Origin: an uncultured Pseudomonadota bacterium | Lineage (GTDB): Bacteria; Pseudomonadota; Alphaproteobacteria; Rs-D84 | Length of the DNA: 58,058 nucleotides | Reading direction: 5' to 3' | Assembly (NCBI GenBank): GCA_949292385.1 | Contig: CASEZC010000016.1 | Coordinates: 1 to 58,058, forward strand | Part shown: positions 30,093 to 38,819 of the stretch, piece by piece | How positions within the stretch are numbered: position 1 is the first letter of the stretch | Layout of the letters: every line of letters starts with the position of its first letter | The notes under the pieces: generated by a model | Told to the model about the DNA's origin: nothing | The model's database searches: none | Seen by the model: the letters and a program-made list of their open reading frames with translations, nothing else | Made by a program: the position numbers and the translations under genes

Positions 30093-30461
30093 ATGAAAAA
30101 AGTTCTGTTTTCTATGTTGGTATTAACAGCACTTGTTGGCTGTGGTGGTTATTATGATTACTATAAGGGTGGTGTAAGATATACACAAGATGGTCAAGAT
30201 TGTATTTATTATGCCGGTGAACAGGGACGTAATTTTTCAAGTTATGTAGATGGTATGAACGAAAGTAAAAAAATAGTATATCGCAATACTCGTTGTGAAG
30301 ATTTGTATGCTCGTGATACTTTCGGTCAAGAAGTTCAGCAAAAACGTCAAATTTTGGTTCCTGCTGCGCAAGAAGTAAAAGTTGAAAAAGCATCTTGTGG
30401 TTGCAATTCTTGTGTAAAACCAGTTTTGAAACGTAGATATGTTATCGTTTCTGCTATGTAA
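30093..30461 (+). CDS. Small lipoprotein, unknown function
   Basis: 122 aa. Lipobox LVGC. Six further Cys. Confidence 0.55.
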   Translation: MKKVLFSMLVLTALVGCGGYYDYYKGGVRYTQDGQDCIYYAGEQGRNFSSYVDGMNESKKIVYRNTRCEDLYARDTFGQEVQQKRQILVPAAQEVKVEKASCGCNSCVKPVLKRRYVIVSAM

Positions 30462-30580
30462 TTAAAATTGCTTTAATTATATTAAAAGCGTTCTTGGTCA
30501 AAGAACGCCTTTATTTTTATCTTGCTTGAATCTAAGGCGTTTTTATGATAGAATTGTAGAAAAGGAAAAAGGGGATTCTT

Positions 30581-30958
30581 ATGAAAAATATTTTGAAAAA
30601 ACTTGGTTTTGCAGGTGTTGTTGTACTGGCTGGCGCTGGCACAGCATTGGCGGCACAGGCTGGCGGTGTTAGTAATTCTGGTTTGTGCGGGTTGATACAT
30701 CAGATGTACGGGGTTTTTAGAATTTTGCGTACCCTTGCATTTGTGGGTGCTGCATTCATTATCGCTGGATGGGCATGGGGATATATAACTTCTGGTAAAG
30801 GTGTTGATATTGAGGATTTGCGTAAGAAAGGTACTGGTATGTTGGTTGGTTTTATACTATTGTTTGGTATTGGTATAGTTCTTCAGTTCTTCTTAAGTTC
30901 AGCAGGGCAACAGGCGTTAGGGTGTCCAGAAATTTTGCAGTGGGGAATGATGAGTTAA
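30581..30958 (+). CDS. VirB2/TrbC-like type IV secretion pilin candidate
   Basis: 125 aa. Long signal peptide ending ALA-AQAGG (compare Agrobacterium VirB2, AAA-QSAGGG). Then two hydrophobic helices (LRTLAFVGAAFIIAGWAWGYI and GMLVGFILLFGIGIVLQFFL) separated by a charged loop. Architecture-level match only. Confidence 0.45.
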   Translation: MKNILKKLGFAGVVVLAGAGTALAAQAGGVSNSGLCGLIHQMYGVFRILRTLAFVGAAFIIAGWAWGYITSGKGVDIEDLRKKGTGMLVGFILLFGIGIVLQFFLSSAGQQALGCPEILQWGMMS

Positions 30959-30962
30959 AGAT

Positions 30963-30991
30963 AAAAAAGCGGCTTTTATGCCGCTTTTTTT
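30963..30991. terminator. Bidirectional terminator between the VirB2-like and DinD-like genes
   Basis: AAAAAAGCGGC-ttttat-GCCGCTTTTTTT. Confidence 0.8.
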
Positions 30992-31898
30992 ATCTTATGT
31001 TTATATTAGAGAATTGTTTTATAAATTCTTGTCTTTTATTATATAAATCTCTTCGCACATTTTTTATGTGTTCACTTGTTAAATCTTGTTCTGGGAAAAT
31101 CCCTTCTTTTTGAAATAGCTTTATTCTTTGTGAATTAAGTTCTTTTGTTACAGCGTATGAGAAGTCTCTTAATGTCATATTTTTGATTTCATCATATCTT
31201 TTAACAGCAATATTTAATGCTTTTTGTTTTGCCATCAAAGAACGCGAGCCCATATAGTTTGAAATAGGGTCGCCCGGTTCGTAGACTATGCCGTACATAT
31301 TTTTTAAAGTTTCTATATCAATGTCATAGAAAAATGATTTTTCCATCAGTTGATGAAATAATCCCATTTTTGCTTTGTGTCTGTATGCAATTCCGTTGAC
31401 TATTTTTTCAGAACTTGCCAAATCATTACGTAAATATATTCTGGAAAATTTATAAGACGCTTCACTTAAATCGGAAAAACTAGCGTTTGGCATCATAAAA
31501 TATAGTTCTGTAAATATTAGACGTGGGTTTCTTTTTAAAATAGACCAGCATGCAAATCTGCTTAATTTTGCATCGTGTCCATTTTGTATTTGTTTTATAC
31601 CTTTGTCTGTATTTATTGTGTAATTATGAATAATTGTTGTTAAATGTTTTGCATAAAAATCCCAAAAGTATTCTGGTGTTTCTATATCTTCTGGAGTTTT
31701 TCCTTTTGGAATCTTTAAAACAGCATCGCGTAATGCGGTATTTACTGTTTTTGGAATGAATTCGTTACTGCCTACGTTTTCTTTCCCGAATAAGTTGTAT
31801 AAATCTGAAAATAACCAATATTCAGTGTTTGTATTAGGAACTATATATTTTGTGTTATTTAAGTATTCAAATATTATTTGTGGTTTTGGACGTGGCAT
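30990..31898 (-). CDS. DinD-family (DNA-damage-inducible protein D-like) protein
   Basis: 302 aa. Blocks parallel E. coli DinD: KLSRFACWSILKRNP vs VLSRYACYLVVQNGDP, RIYLRNDLASSEKIV vs RLFLRNELKEHNKQLV, and NYMGSRSLMAKQKA vs DHMGSTELAANLFRA. Confidence 0.55.
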   Translation of the reverse strand: MPRPKPQIIFEYLNNTKYIVPNTNTEYWLFSDLYNLFGKENVGSNEFIPKTVNTALRDAVLKIPKGKTPEDIETPEYFWDFYAKHLTTIIHNYTINTDKGIKQIQNGHDAKLSRFACWSILKRNPRLIFTELYFMMPNASFSDLSEASYKFSRIYLRNDLASSEKIVNGIAYRHKAKMGLFHQLMEKSFFYDIDIETLKNMYGIVYEPGDPISNYMGSRSLMAKQKALNIAVKRYDEIKNMTLRDFSYAVTKELNSQRIKLFQKEGIFPEQDLTSEHIKNVRRDLYNKRQEFIKQFSNINIR

Positions 31899-31913
31899 TT
31901 TTATTCTTCTTTT

Positions 31914-32144
31914 TTAGTTGTTTTTGTTTTCGTCTATGTTTGCCAAAGAGAACAATACGGATGAAATTAAAGACTGGTATGGTACGTGTTGTTGTTCTGC
32001 AAGCTTTTTTATGTTCTCTAAAATAGGGCGCGGTATTCGCATGTTAATAACGCAGTCTGATTTGTTAAAAGTTCGATACGCTGCGTATTCTTTTAATAAA
32101 GCTTCTATGTTCATTATGAACAATTGTTGCATAACGTTTGGCAT
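31914..32144 (-). CDS. BrnA-like ribbon-helix-helix (antitoxin-type) protein
   Basis: 76 aa from the ATG at 32144, with AGGAG 7 nt upstream. The ORF-track start at 32162 is a TTG. C-terminal INMRIPRPILENIKKLAEQQHVPYQSLISSVL matches the BrnA/RHH pattern (ISLRLPxxLLxxLKxLAxxxxVPYQSLIK). Confidence 0.6.
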   Translation of the reverse strand: MPNVMQQLFIMNIEALLKEYAAYRTFNKSDCVINMRIPRPILENIKKLAEQQHVPYQSLISSVLFSLANIDENKNN

Positions 32145-32189
32145 ACACAATCTCCTATACAAGACACAATACTTACGTCTTTACAAGTG

Positions 32190-32221
32190 ACTATAACATT
32201 GTATTGGCAATTGTCAATACA
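32190..32221 (-). promoter_or_regulatory. Candidate promoter with overlapping palindromic operator for the RHH/DinD-like operon
   Basis: Minus strand reads TGTATTGACAATTGCCAATACA. It has 7-bp inverted arms TGTATTG/CAATACA around a CAATTG core and contains TTGACA. A 16-nt spacer follows, then TATAGT. Confidence 0.45.
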
Positions 32222-32450
32222 TTTGTAATTATAGGTGTATTTGCGTATGTGAGTACTGTTGTATATTGGTTTGTGTGACAGGTGTTTTTTGTGTTCTGTT
32301 TGTTGTTGTGGGGCGGAACTTTTTGTTTTTTTATGTTTGTTTATGTAAGAAAAATAGTTTGTATGTTCTGTATAATTTTTTTCGCATTCTTGCTTTTTTA
32401 TAAATATACATATAAAATGAAACAGTATTATTTTTGGAAAGGATTTTCTT

Positions 32451-33770
32451 ATGTTTAAAAAATTTTTGACAGTTTTTTCATTTATGGCTGTGTTTGTTTT
32501 ACCTGCACATGCAGAATTAAAAGTTGATATTATCGCTGGCGCTGCAAATCCTATATCGGTTGCTGTGCAAAAGTTTGAAACAGTGGGTAACGTTTCTGCG
32601 GAAGATAGTGCAATGATAAGAGAAGTTGTAGAAGCGGATTTAAAATCAACGGGGCTTTTTAGAATTGTTTCTCATGATGCGTTGCCAGAATTTGTAGAAA
32701 TGGGTAAATTGCCTGATTTTAAATTATGGAATGCGATAAAGGCACAAGTTTTGGTACAAGCAAAATTGTCAGCAGAGTCTGGTGGTAAATATAGTTTAGA
32801 ATTTTATGTTTGGGATGTGAACGGAAAGGAACAGATAGAGGCGCAAAGTTTGGTTGCGTCTAAAAAATCTGCACGTCGTTTGGCTCATATTATGGCTGAT
32901 GCTATTTATGAAAGATTGACGGGTGAAATCGGTTATTTTGATACTCAAATTGTTTTTATTGCTGAAACTGGTCCGATACATAACAGAAAAAAACGTATGG
33001 CAATAATGGACCAAGACGGTTATGGTATGCGTTATTTATCAGATGAAAAAACTTTTGTGATGTCGCCTCATTTTTCACCTAATATGCAAACTATTGTATT
33101 CTTGTCTTATTATAACAATGACCCTATGGTTTGGACGTTGGATTTAGAAACGGGCGAACAGAGAAGGTTAGGACAGTTCGGAGGAATGAACTTTGCACCT
33201 CGTTTTTCACCGGACGGGACAAAAATAGCTTTATCTTTGGTTAAAAATGGTATAACTCATATATATGAATACGATATAGAGACGAAATCTTTGCGTCAGT
33301 TGACGTTTGGTAGTTCTTTGAATACCAGTCCGTCTTATTCGCCAGATGGTAAAAAAATGGCGTTTAACTCTGACCGTAGTGGTAATCAACAAATATTTAT
33401 TCTTGATTTGGAAACAGGAAAGGTAGAGCGTATTACTTATGGGGCAGGGCGATATGCGACACCTGCTTGGTCGCCTGACGGACAGTTTATAGCCTTTACT
33501 AAAATAGCAGATGATACTTTCTATATAGGTATTATGGATCCGCGTGGCAGAAACGAAAAAATTCTTGCAGGGGGGTGGTATATGGAAGCTCCTTCTTGGG
33601 CGCCAGGTTCCAGACGTTTGGTTTATTATGAAACAGAAAAAGCTTTTGATGATATCGAAAGAATAAGTCATATTCGCAGCGTAGATATTACAGGGCAAAA
33701 TGTTTATGATATAGAATTGCCAGAAGGTATAAATGGTGTAGAACCTACATGGTCACCTAGATTGCCATAA
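32451..33770 (+). CDS. tolB: Tol-Pal system periplasmic beta-propeller protein TolB
   Basis: 439 aa. Signal peptide, N-terminal TolB domain, and repeated SPxxSPDGxxIAF propeller blades (FSPDGTKIAL, YSPDGKKMAF, WSPDGQFIAF). Confidence 0.9.
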   Translation: MFKKFLTVFSFMAVFVLPAHAELKVDIIAGAANPISVAVQKFETVGNVSAEDSAMIREVVEADLKSTGLFRIVSHDALPEFVEMGKLPDFKLWNAIKAQVLVQAKLSAESGGKYSLEFYVWDVNGKEQIEAQSLVASKKSARRLAHIMADAIYERLTGEIGYFDTQIVFIAETGPIHNRKKRMAIMDQDGYGMRYLSDEKTFVMSPHFSPNMQTIVFLSYYNNDPMVWTLDLETGEQRRLGQFGGMNFAPRFSPDGTKIALSLVKNGITHIYEYDIETKSLRQLTFGSSLNTSPSYSPDGKKMAFNSDRSGNQQIFILDLETGKVERITYGAGRYATPAWSPDGQFIAFTKIADDTFYIGIMDPRGRNEKILAGGWYMEAPSWAPGSRRLVYYETEKAFDDIERISHIRSVDITGQNVYDIELPEGINGVEPTWSPRLP

Positions 33771-33773
33771 AAT

Positions 33774-34187
33774 ATGAAGTACTTTTTTAATATTTGTTTG
33801 TTTATGCTTTTAGTAATTAATCCTGCCGTTGCGGAATTCGCAACGGTTAATTATATTTTTGACGGAGATACTTTTGCAGCAACTGTTCATTTAGAAGATG
33901 ATATAGATGTTGAGGCAAGAGTTCGTTTGATGAATGTTGATACGCCTGAAATACACGGGGAATGTGACTATGAGATTAAAATGGCGAATTTGTCTCGTGA
34001 TAGAATTTCCGAGCTTTTGCCAATTGGTAGTGTTGTTGAATTAAAAAGCATAAAAGATGATAAATATTTGGGAAGAATAGATGCTTTTGTTTTGTTGCCC
34101 GATGGTAAAGATGTAGGAGAAATTTTAATAAAAGAAAAGCTGGGGCGTGCATATAACGGTGGACGACGTCAGGGGTGGTGTGACTAG
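33774..34187 (+). CDS. Exported staphylococcal-nuclease-like (thermonuclease) protein
   Basis: 137 aa. Signal peptide. Motifs DGDTF, VRLMNVDTPE and DKYLGRIDAFV are typical of the SNase fold. Confidence 0.7.
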   Translation: MKYFFNICLFMLLVINPAVAEFATVNYIFDGDTFAATVHLEDDIDVEARVRLMNVDTPEIHGECDYEIKMANLSRDRISELLPIGSVVELKSIKDDKYLGRIDAFVLLPDGKDVGEILIKEKLGRAYNGGRRQGWCD

Positions 34188-34210
34188 GAATATTTACCGT
34201 TATAAAGAAA

Positions 34211-34245
34211 TTGAAAATAGTCATTAATTCTAATATAATTAGAAT
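34211..34245 (+). promoter_or_regulatory. Candidate sigma70 promoter with overlapping 19-bp perfect palindrome upstream of the small HTH gene
   Basis: TTGAAA (34211-34216), 17-nt spacer, TATAAT (34234-34239). The palindrome ATTCTAAT-ata-ATTAGAAT at 34227-34245 covers the -10. Confidence 0.5.
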
Positions 34246-34291
34246 CAGTTCTTTGTTTTCTAATAAAAAATAAATAACTGAGAGAGAAAAA

Positions 34292-34534
34292 ATGACTCAT
34301 AATGAAGTTTGGCGTGCAATAGATATGCTTGCGCGCAAGAACAACATATCTTGTTCTAAATTGGCCGTTTCTTCTGGTTTAGACGCAACGACATTTAATA
34401 AAAGTAAAAGATTTTCTGTTTTTGGTAAGCCTCGTTGGCCTTCGATGCAAAGTATTTCTAAAATTCTAGAGTACACATCTACTACGCCAACAGAGTTTGG
34501 ACATTTCTTGGAAGAGTGCGAAAAGCAAAAATAG
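34292..34534 (+). CDS. Small helix-turn-helix (Cro/CI-type) DNA-binding protein
   Basis: 80 aa. The segment ISCSKLAVSSGLDATTFNKSKR fits an HTH. Confidence 0.6.
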   Translation: MTHNEVWRAIDMLARKNNISCSKLAVSSGLDATTFNKSKRFSVFGKPRWPSMQSISKILEYTSTTPTEFGHFLEECEKQK

Positions 34535-34538
34535 AGCC

Positions 34539-35246
34539 TTAGGCGCTGTGTCTATTTATTGCTTCGCTAATTTCTTCTAGTGATGCGTTGCAAGGCAGTA
34601 ATGGTTCAAACCATACGTTTGCTGTACCGCTTTGCATTTTACCGTGCTTTGGCCAATAAATGCCCGAATCTGTTCCTACTGGTAAAATAGGAAGTTTTAA
34701 TTGATGTGCTAAAAATAGCAAGCCACGTTTTAATGGTATGCGTTTGCCTGGTTTGACACGCGTTCCTTCTGGAAAGATTATTAATATTTTCCCGTCCATT
34801 ATTTTCTTGGCCACGGCATTTGTTAGCTTTTGCATGTTCGTTGCACCGCGAGCGCGGTTCACAGGCTGCAGCCCCATGCGCCAAAATGCCCAACCATAAA
34901 TAGGTATCCATAAAAGTTCTCGTTTAATTATAAAAAACGAATTTTTTACGACCTGGGATAAAACGGCTATTTCTAATATAGACATGTGTTTTGCTGCAAT
35001 TATTGCTTTGCCGTCCAGTCTGATGTTTTCATTAGGAGTAACAGGTATCCCGTTTTCTTCAACGGGAGGATAATGAACTTCGTATTTTATTCCTGCGATT
35101 ATTCTGGCAAGAACTAATACACCTGCTGCACATTTTAAAACTAGGAAGTCATTTAGCTTTTTATTTATAAGACCGATTAATAATACAGGTGACCATAATA
35201 CAAAATAAATACCAAGTACTATTTTAAATATAATTGTTCTTAACAT
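34539..35246 (-). CDS. plsC: 1-acyl-sn-glycerol-3-phosphate acyltransferase
   Basis: 235 aa. N-terminal TM, acyltransferase block AAKHMSILE (HX4D-like, with E), and FPEGTR. Confidence 0.8.
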   Translation of the reverse strand: MLRTIIFKIVLGIYFVLWSPVLLIGLINKKLNDFLVLKCAAGVLVLARIIAGIKYEVHYPPVEENGIPVTPNENIRLDGKAIIAAKHMSILEIAVLSQVVKNSFFIIKRELLWIPIYGWAFWRMGLQPVNRARGATNMQKLTNAVAKKIMDGKILIIFPEGTRVKPGKRIPLKRGLLFLAHQLKLPILPVGTDSGIYWPKHGKMQSGTANVWFEPLLPCNASLEEISEAINRHSA

Positions 35247-35265
35247 TTTTACCTTTCTCCGATTT

Positions 35266-35775
35266 TTAACCTTCTTTTATACCGAACATTGTAGCGATGT
35301 ATTTTATATATTCTATGCCCCATCTTTCAAGTCTTTTTGTTGTTGGCATACCTGTTAACGGAACAGGGCATGTTACTATTTCTACTTGTGGTAATTCTTG
35401 CTTTATTAAATAAACTGCGCGGTTCATATGGTCTTCTGTTGTTATTACTACTATTCTATCAAGACCAGTTTTTATGGCTATTTCTTTTATCGCCAATGCG
35501 TTTTCATATGTTGATTTCGATTTTGACTCTATCGTTACCTTTTTTGTCATTTCATAAGAGCCTTGCATGCCAGCGCCTATTATGTACAAGTCTGCATCTG
35601 GGTGTTGGCGTAATTGACGCATTGCAAATGGAATTCTGCGAATGTCTCCGGTCAGAACGAATATACTGTCATCTGGCAGTATTGTAGAACAGCGGGTAGG
35701 AGCCATTGTTTTAAACATAAGGCCGCCCATTACAAAGCAAGATATCAGTATTAAAGATGGTGATAGTATTCTCAT
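35266..35775 (-). CDS. DUF218 (YdcF/ElyC/SanA-like) protein
   Basis: 169 aa. N-terminal TM. Motifs FVLTGD, ESKSKSTYENA and IVVITTEDHMNRA. Start overlaps the ftsX stop by 1 nt. Confidence 0.7.
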   Translation of the reverse strand: MRILSPSLILISCFVMGGLMFKTMAPTRCSTILPDDSIFVLTGDIRRIPFAMRQLRQHPDADLYIIGAGMQGSYEMTKKVTIESKSKSTYENALAIKEIAIKTGLDRIVVITTEDHMNRAVYLIKQELPQVEIVTCPVPLTGMPTTKRLERWGIEYIKYIATMFGIKEG

Positions 35776-36617
35776 TAATTGTTTTTAAGAATCTTTAATG
35801 TTGTTTTCTTGGTCATCCATATCGCAAAAATTACAATTGCTACAGACATTAAAAATAAAGAAAGCCAACCAAAGCCAGTTATGTCTAACATTGCCATTAA
35901 GCCAACGCGCGCACTGTGTGCGGTTGATAGTATTAATAGTAAAACAGGCGCTGCAACAAGAAATCCTGCAAATGATGCGGTTGCGCTAATTTTTGCAATT
36001 ATTATTTGCATTTGGCGCGCTACAAAAGAATCACTGGCCCCGATTTGATTTAGTATTTCAAGCTCTCTGCGATGCAGCAAGGCTATGTTTCGTGCAATAT
36101 AAGAAATGCATACACCAATCGCGCCAAGGGTTAAAAGTAGAACAAATGTAGAAATTGCTATCATTTTCCAACCAGCAGACATAGATGTTTTTAGTGCCTG
36201 AGAGTGCGTTAAAAATCTTGCGTATTTGGAAAGTTGTTCGCCCACATTTTGTAGGTTGGATTTTTCTTTAAACTGTACTTCGTACATTTTTGGTAAATAT
36301 TTTTCTAATGCTGTATTACCACCAGAAAGCCATGGACGCATAAGGTCTTTCATTTGTTCGGTCGAAATTTCTTTAACGGAAGATATTTTATCGCTGTTAT
36401 CTTTTAGAATTTTTTCTACATTTTTTTCGTTTGCTGAATTCATAACTTGGACTGTGGCAAATAAATCCCATTGACTGTTCCATCTTATAACGCCAGTTCC
36501 TATGGATAAAGATATACCAAGGGCAAGTACCGCTAAAAAAGTTAACAGTGACATAATTGCCGTCATAAAAACAGATTGTTCTTGTACTAATGAAAATACG
36601 GTAGGTTTTTTTGTCAT
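35775..36617 (-). CDS. ftsX: Cell-division ABC transporter permease FtsX
   Basis: 280 aa. TM1, periplasmic loop, then three C-terminal TMs. 4-nt overlap with ftsE. Confidence 0.85.
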   Translation of the reverse strand: MTKKPTVFSLVQEQSVFMTAIMSLLTFLAVLALGISLSIGTGVIRWNSQWDLFATVQVMNSANEKNVEKILKDNSDKISSVKEISTEQMKDLMRPWLSGGNTALEKYLPKMYEVQFKEKSNLQNVGEQLSKYARFLTHSQALKTSMSAGWKMIAISTFVLLLTLGAIGVCISYIARNIALLHRRELEILNQIGASDSFVARQMQIIIAKISATASFAGFLVAAPVLLLILSTAHSARVGLMAMLDITGFGWLSLFLMSVAIVIFAIWMTKKTTLKILKNN

Positions 36618-37402
36618 GCGTTTTCTATATCTTCAAATTGTTTTGATAATTCATTAAAGTAGTTTTGTGGCTTAGGTCCTTTCCATAATTTTTTATTTTC
36701 TATATTTGTTTTTGTACTTTCGCGTTCGCCTAAGAAAGAAACTTTATGATTTTCAACATGGATTACAGGAAATTTATAAGTTTCCATAAGTTTTGTACTG
36801 TGTGTTGCTAAAATTATAGTCGTACCAAAAACTTTATTCATTTGTATGAAAAGTTCCATCAGTCTGGATGCATTTTCGTCGTCTAAGTTTCCTGTTGGTT
36901 CGTCGGCCAGTAATATTGCAGGCTGAATTATTATTGCACGCGCAACTGACACACGTTGTTGCTGACCGCCTGATAAAGATTTTGGGTTCGCATCAGCGTA
37001 TTTACCAAGACCTACCCATTCAAGAGTTTTTGATACTAATTTTTTTATTTTTGCTTCTGGAATACCGCGAACGCGTAAGGGCAGGGCGATATTATCAAAA
37101 ACCGACTTGTGTGATAATAAAGAATATTCTTGAAAAACAATTGCCATTTTGTGGCGCAAATTAGCAATGTCATCGCGTGTCATATCGTTTGTTACCCGAC
37201 CAAATAACTTTATTTGTCCACGGCATGGCTTGTGCAACTGGTATATTAATCTTAGTAATGTAGTTTTTCCTGCACCAGATGCACCTGATAAGAAATAAAA
37301 AGAACCGTTGCTTATATTAAAAGATACATCTGATAAAACTTCGCGTGAATTATCGTATCTTGCGCCTACGTTAGCAAAAGATATAGCTGTTGTGTTTTCC
37401 AT
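36614..37402 (-). CDS. ftsE: Cell-division ABC transporter ATPase FtsE
   Basis: 262 aa. Walker A GASGAGKTTL, signature LSGGQQQR, Walker B LLADEPTGNLD. About 40 aa of extra C-terminal tail. Confidence 0.88.
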   Translation of the reverse strand: MENTTAISFANVGARYDNSREVLSDVSFNISNGSFYFLSGASGAGKTTLLRLIYQLHKPCRGQIKLFGRVTNDMTRDDIANLRHKMAIVFQEYSLLSHKSVFDNIALPLRVRGIPEAKIKKLVSKTLEWVGLGKYADANPKSLSGGQQQRVSVARAIIIQPAILLADEPTGNLDDENASRLMELFIQMNKVFGTTIILATHSTKLMETYKFPVIHVENHKVSFLGERESTKTNIENKKLWKGPKPQNYFNELSKQFEDIENA

Positions 37403-37460
37403 GTTTCAAATAGTAGTAAAAAAAGAACTTATGGTCAAGTTTCTCTTTATTTTTGCGATT

Positions 37461-37486
37461 AAAAAAAGCGCTTGTAAGCGCTTTTT
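37461..37486 (-). terminator. Rho-independent terminator after pal
   Basis: AAAAAAAGCGCTT-gt-AAGCGCTTTTT. Confidence 0.75.
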
Positions 37487-37487
37487 A

Positions 37488-37886
37488 TTATTCGTCTACA
37501 ACTGTTGTAGAGTTTCTGTTCTTTGCCCATACTTCTTCGCCAGTTCCTAAGTATTGTGGGCGTTCTTTACCGTAAGAAATAGTTTTTATTCTTTCTGGTT
37601 CAATACCATCTCTTATTAAAACATGGGCCGCATTTCCTGCGCGCAAAGCGCCAAGAGCCAAATTGTATTCAACAGAACCGCGTTCGTCGCAGTGACCTTC
37701 CAGAGTGATGTTCTTTCCCGGGTTCTTCTTCATGTACAAAGATTGCTTTTCTAAGTTTTCACGAGATTCTTCTGAAATATGTGCAGAATCAAATTCAAAA
37801 AATACTTTGTCTTCATTTATGTCTTTTGGTACGCCAGAACAAGCGGCTAAACTTAAAACTAGTATTGTAAATAACGCCTTTTTCAT
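37488..37886 (-). CDS. pal: Peptidoglycan-associated lipoprotein (OmpA-family)
   Basis: 132 aa from the ATG at 37886 (AAGGA 7 nt upstream). Lipobox LAAC. OmpA-like domain VFFEFDSAHI...LEGHCDERGSVEYNLALGALRA. Confidence 0.85.
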   Translation of the reverse strand: MKKALFTILVLSLAACSGVPKDINEDKVFFEFDSAHISEESRENLEKQSLYMKKNPGKNITLEGHCDERGSVEYNLALGALRAGNAAHVLIRDGIEPERIKTISYGKERPQYLGTGEEVWAKNRNSTTVVDE

Positions 37887-38007
37887 AATGATTCCTTTCA
37901 TTTTTATAATAATTTAACATTTATTAATAAAAGTTGTCAATAGACATTTTATGTTTTGTAAAGTGATTCGTTTTGTGTTACAATTCACAAAAAAGGAAGG
38001 AATGATT

Positions 38008-38733
38008 ATGAAAAATATTTTAAAGATTTTTGGCTTTTGTACTGCTTTGATTTCAACTGGTGCATATGCTGCACCTAGTTATTTGCAAAGGGATTCAAAC
38101 GGCGGGTATAACGTTACTTATGATTATACCGATAAAGCTAAGACAGGTTGGTATGTTGGTGGTCGTGCTGATTTGAATTTAATGAATTGGACAAATAAAT
38201 ATAATACAAATTGGCAAGACGAAGCTGTTAATGATGATTTTTCAGAAGATAAATATTCTTTTGAATCTTTGTTCGGTGGAAATTTTTATGCCGGTAAAAG
38301 ATTTGCTTATTTCTGGCGTGCAGAATTAGAAGCTGGATATATGGGGTATTTTGAAGATAAAGATAATTATGCAGAGTTTTCTTTGTCTATTCCTTATATG
38401 ATGGCGAATTTGTATTATGACTTTGTAAATGGTTTTTATGTTGGTGCCGGTGTTGGTGTTGCTATGCCAACAACTACTCTTGATGGTACTTTCTTTAAAT
38501 ATGAAAAAAGAAAAGAAACTGGTTTTTCACCTGTCGCAGGTATTATGCTGGGGTATTCTTATGAGTTAGATTATAACTTGACTCTGGATTTGCGTTATCG
38601 CTTTGCAGGTATGACAGGATTGAAACATAAGGTTGATATGGAAAATTATTTGAAAGAACAATTGGTTTTCGAAAATAAGATAGATGCAATTTTTGATAAT
38701 TCTTTATCAATTGGTTTAAGGTATGAATTTTAA
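38008..38733 (+). CDS. Small outer-membrane beta-barrel protein (Omp25/OmpA-beta-barrel-like)
   Basis: 241 aa from the ATG at 38008 (GGAAGGA upstream). Signal peptide ...GAYA-AP. Alternating aromatic/Gly beta-strand pattern. Terminal ...GLRYEF with C-terminal Phe. Confidence 0.7.
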   Translation: MKNILKIFGFCTALISTGAYAAPSYLQRDSNGGYNVTYDYTDKAKTGWYVGGRADLNLMNWTNKYNTNWQDEAVNDDFSEDKYSFESLFGGNFYAGKRFAYFWRAELEAGYMGYFEDKDNYAEFSLSIPYMMANLYYDFVNGFYVGAGVGVAMPTTTLDGTFFKYEKRKETGFSPVAGIMLGYSYELDYNLTLDLRYRFAGMTGLKHKVDMENYLKEQLVFENKIDAIFDNSLSIGLRYEF

Positions 38734-38819
38734 TTTTAGCAAAAAAGTTATTTTTGCTTGATAAAAGGTGTTGACCCGATTCGTTAAAAAATGGTATCGT
38801 TTAAATGATAGAGAGAGTT

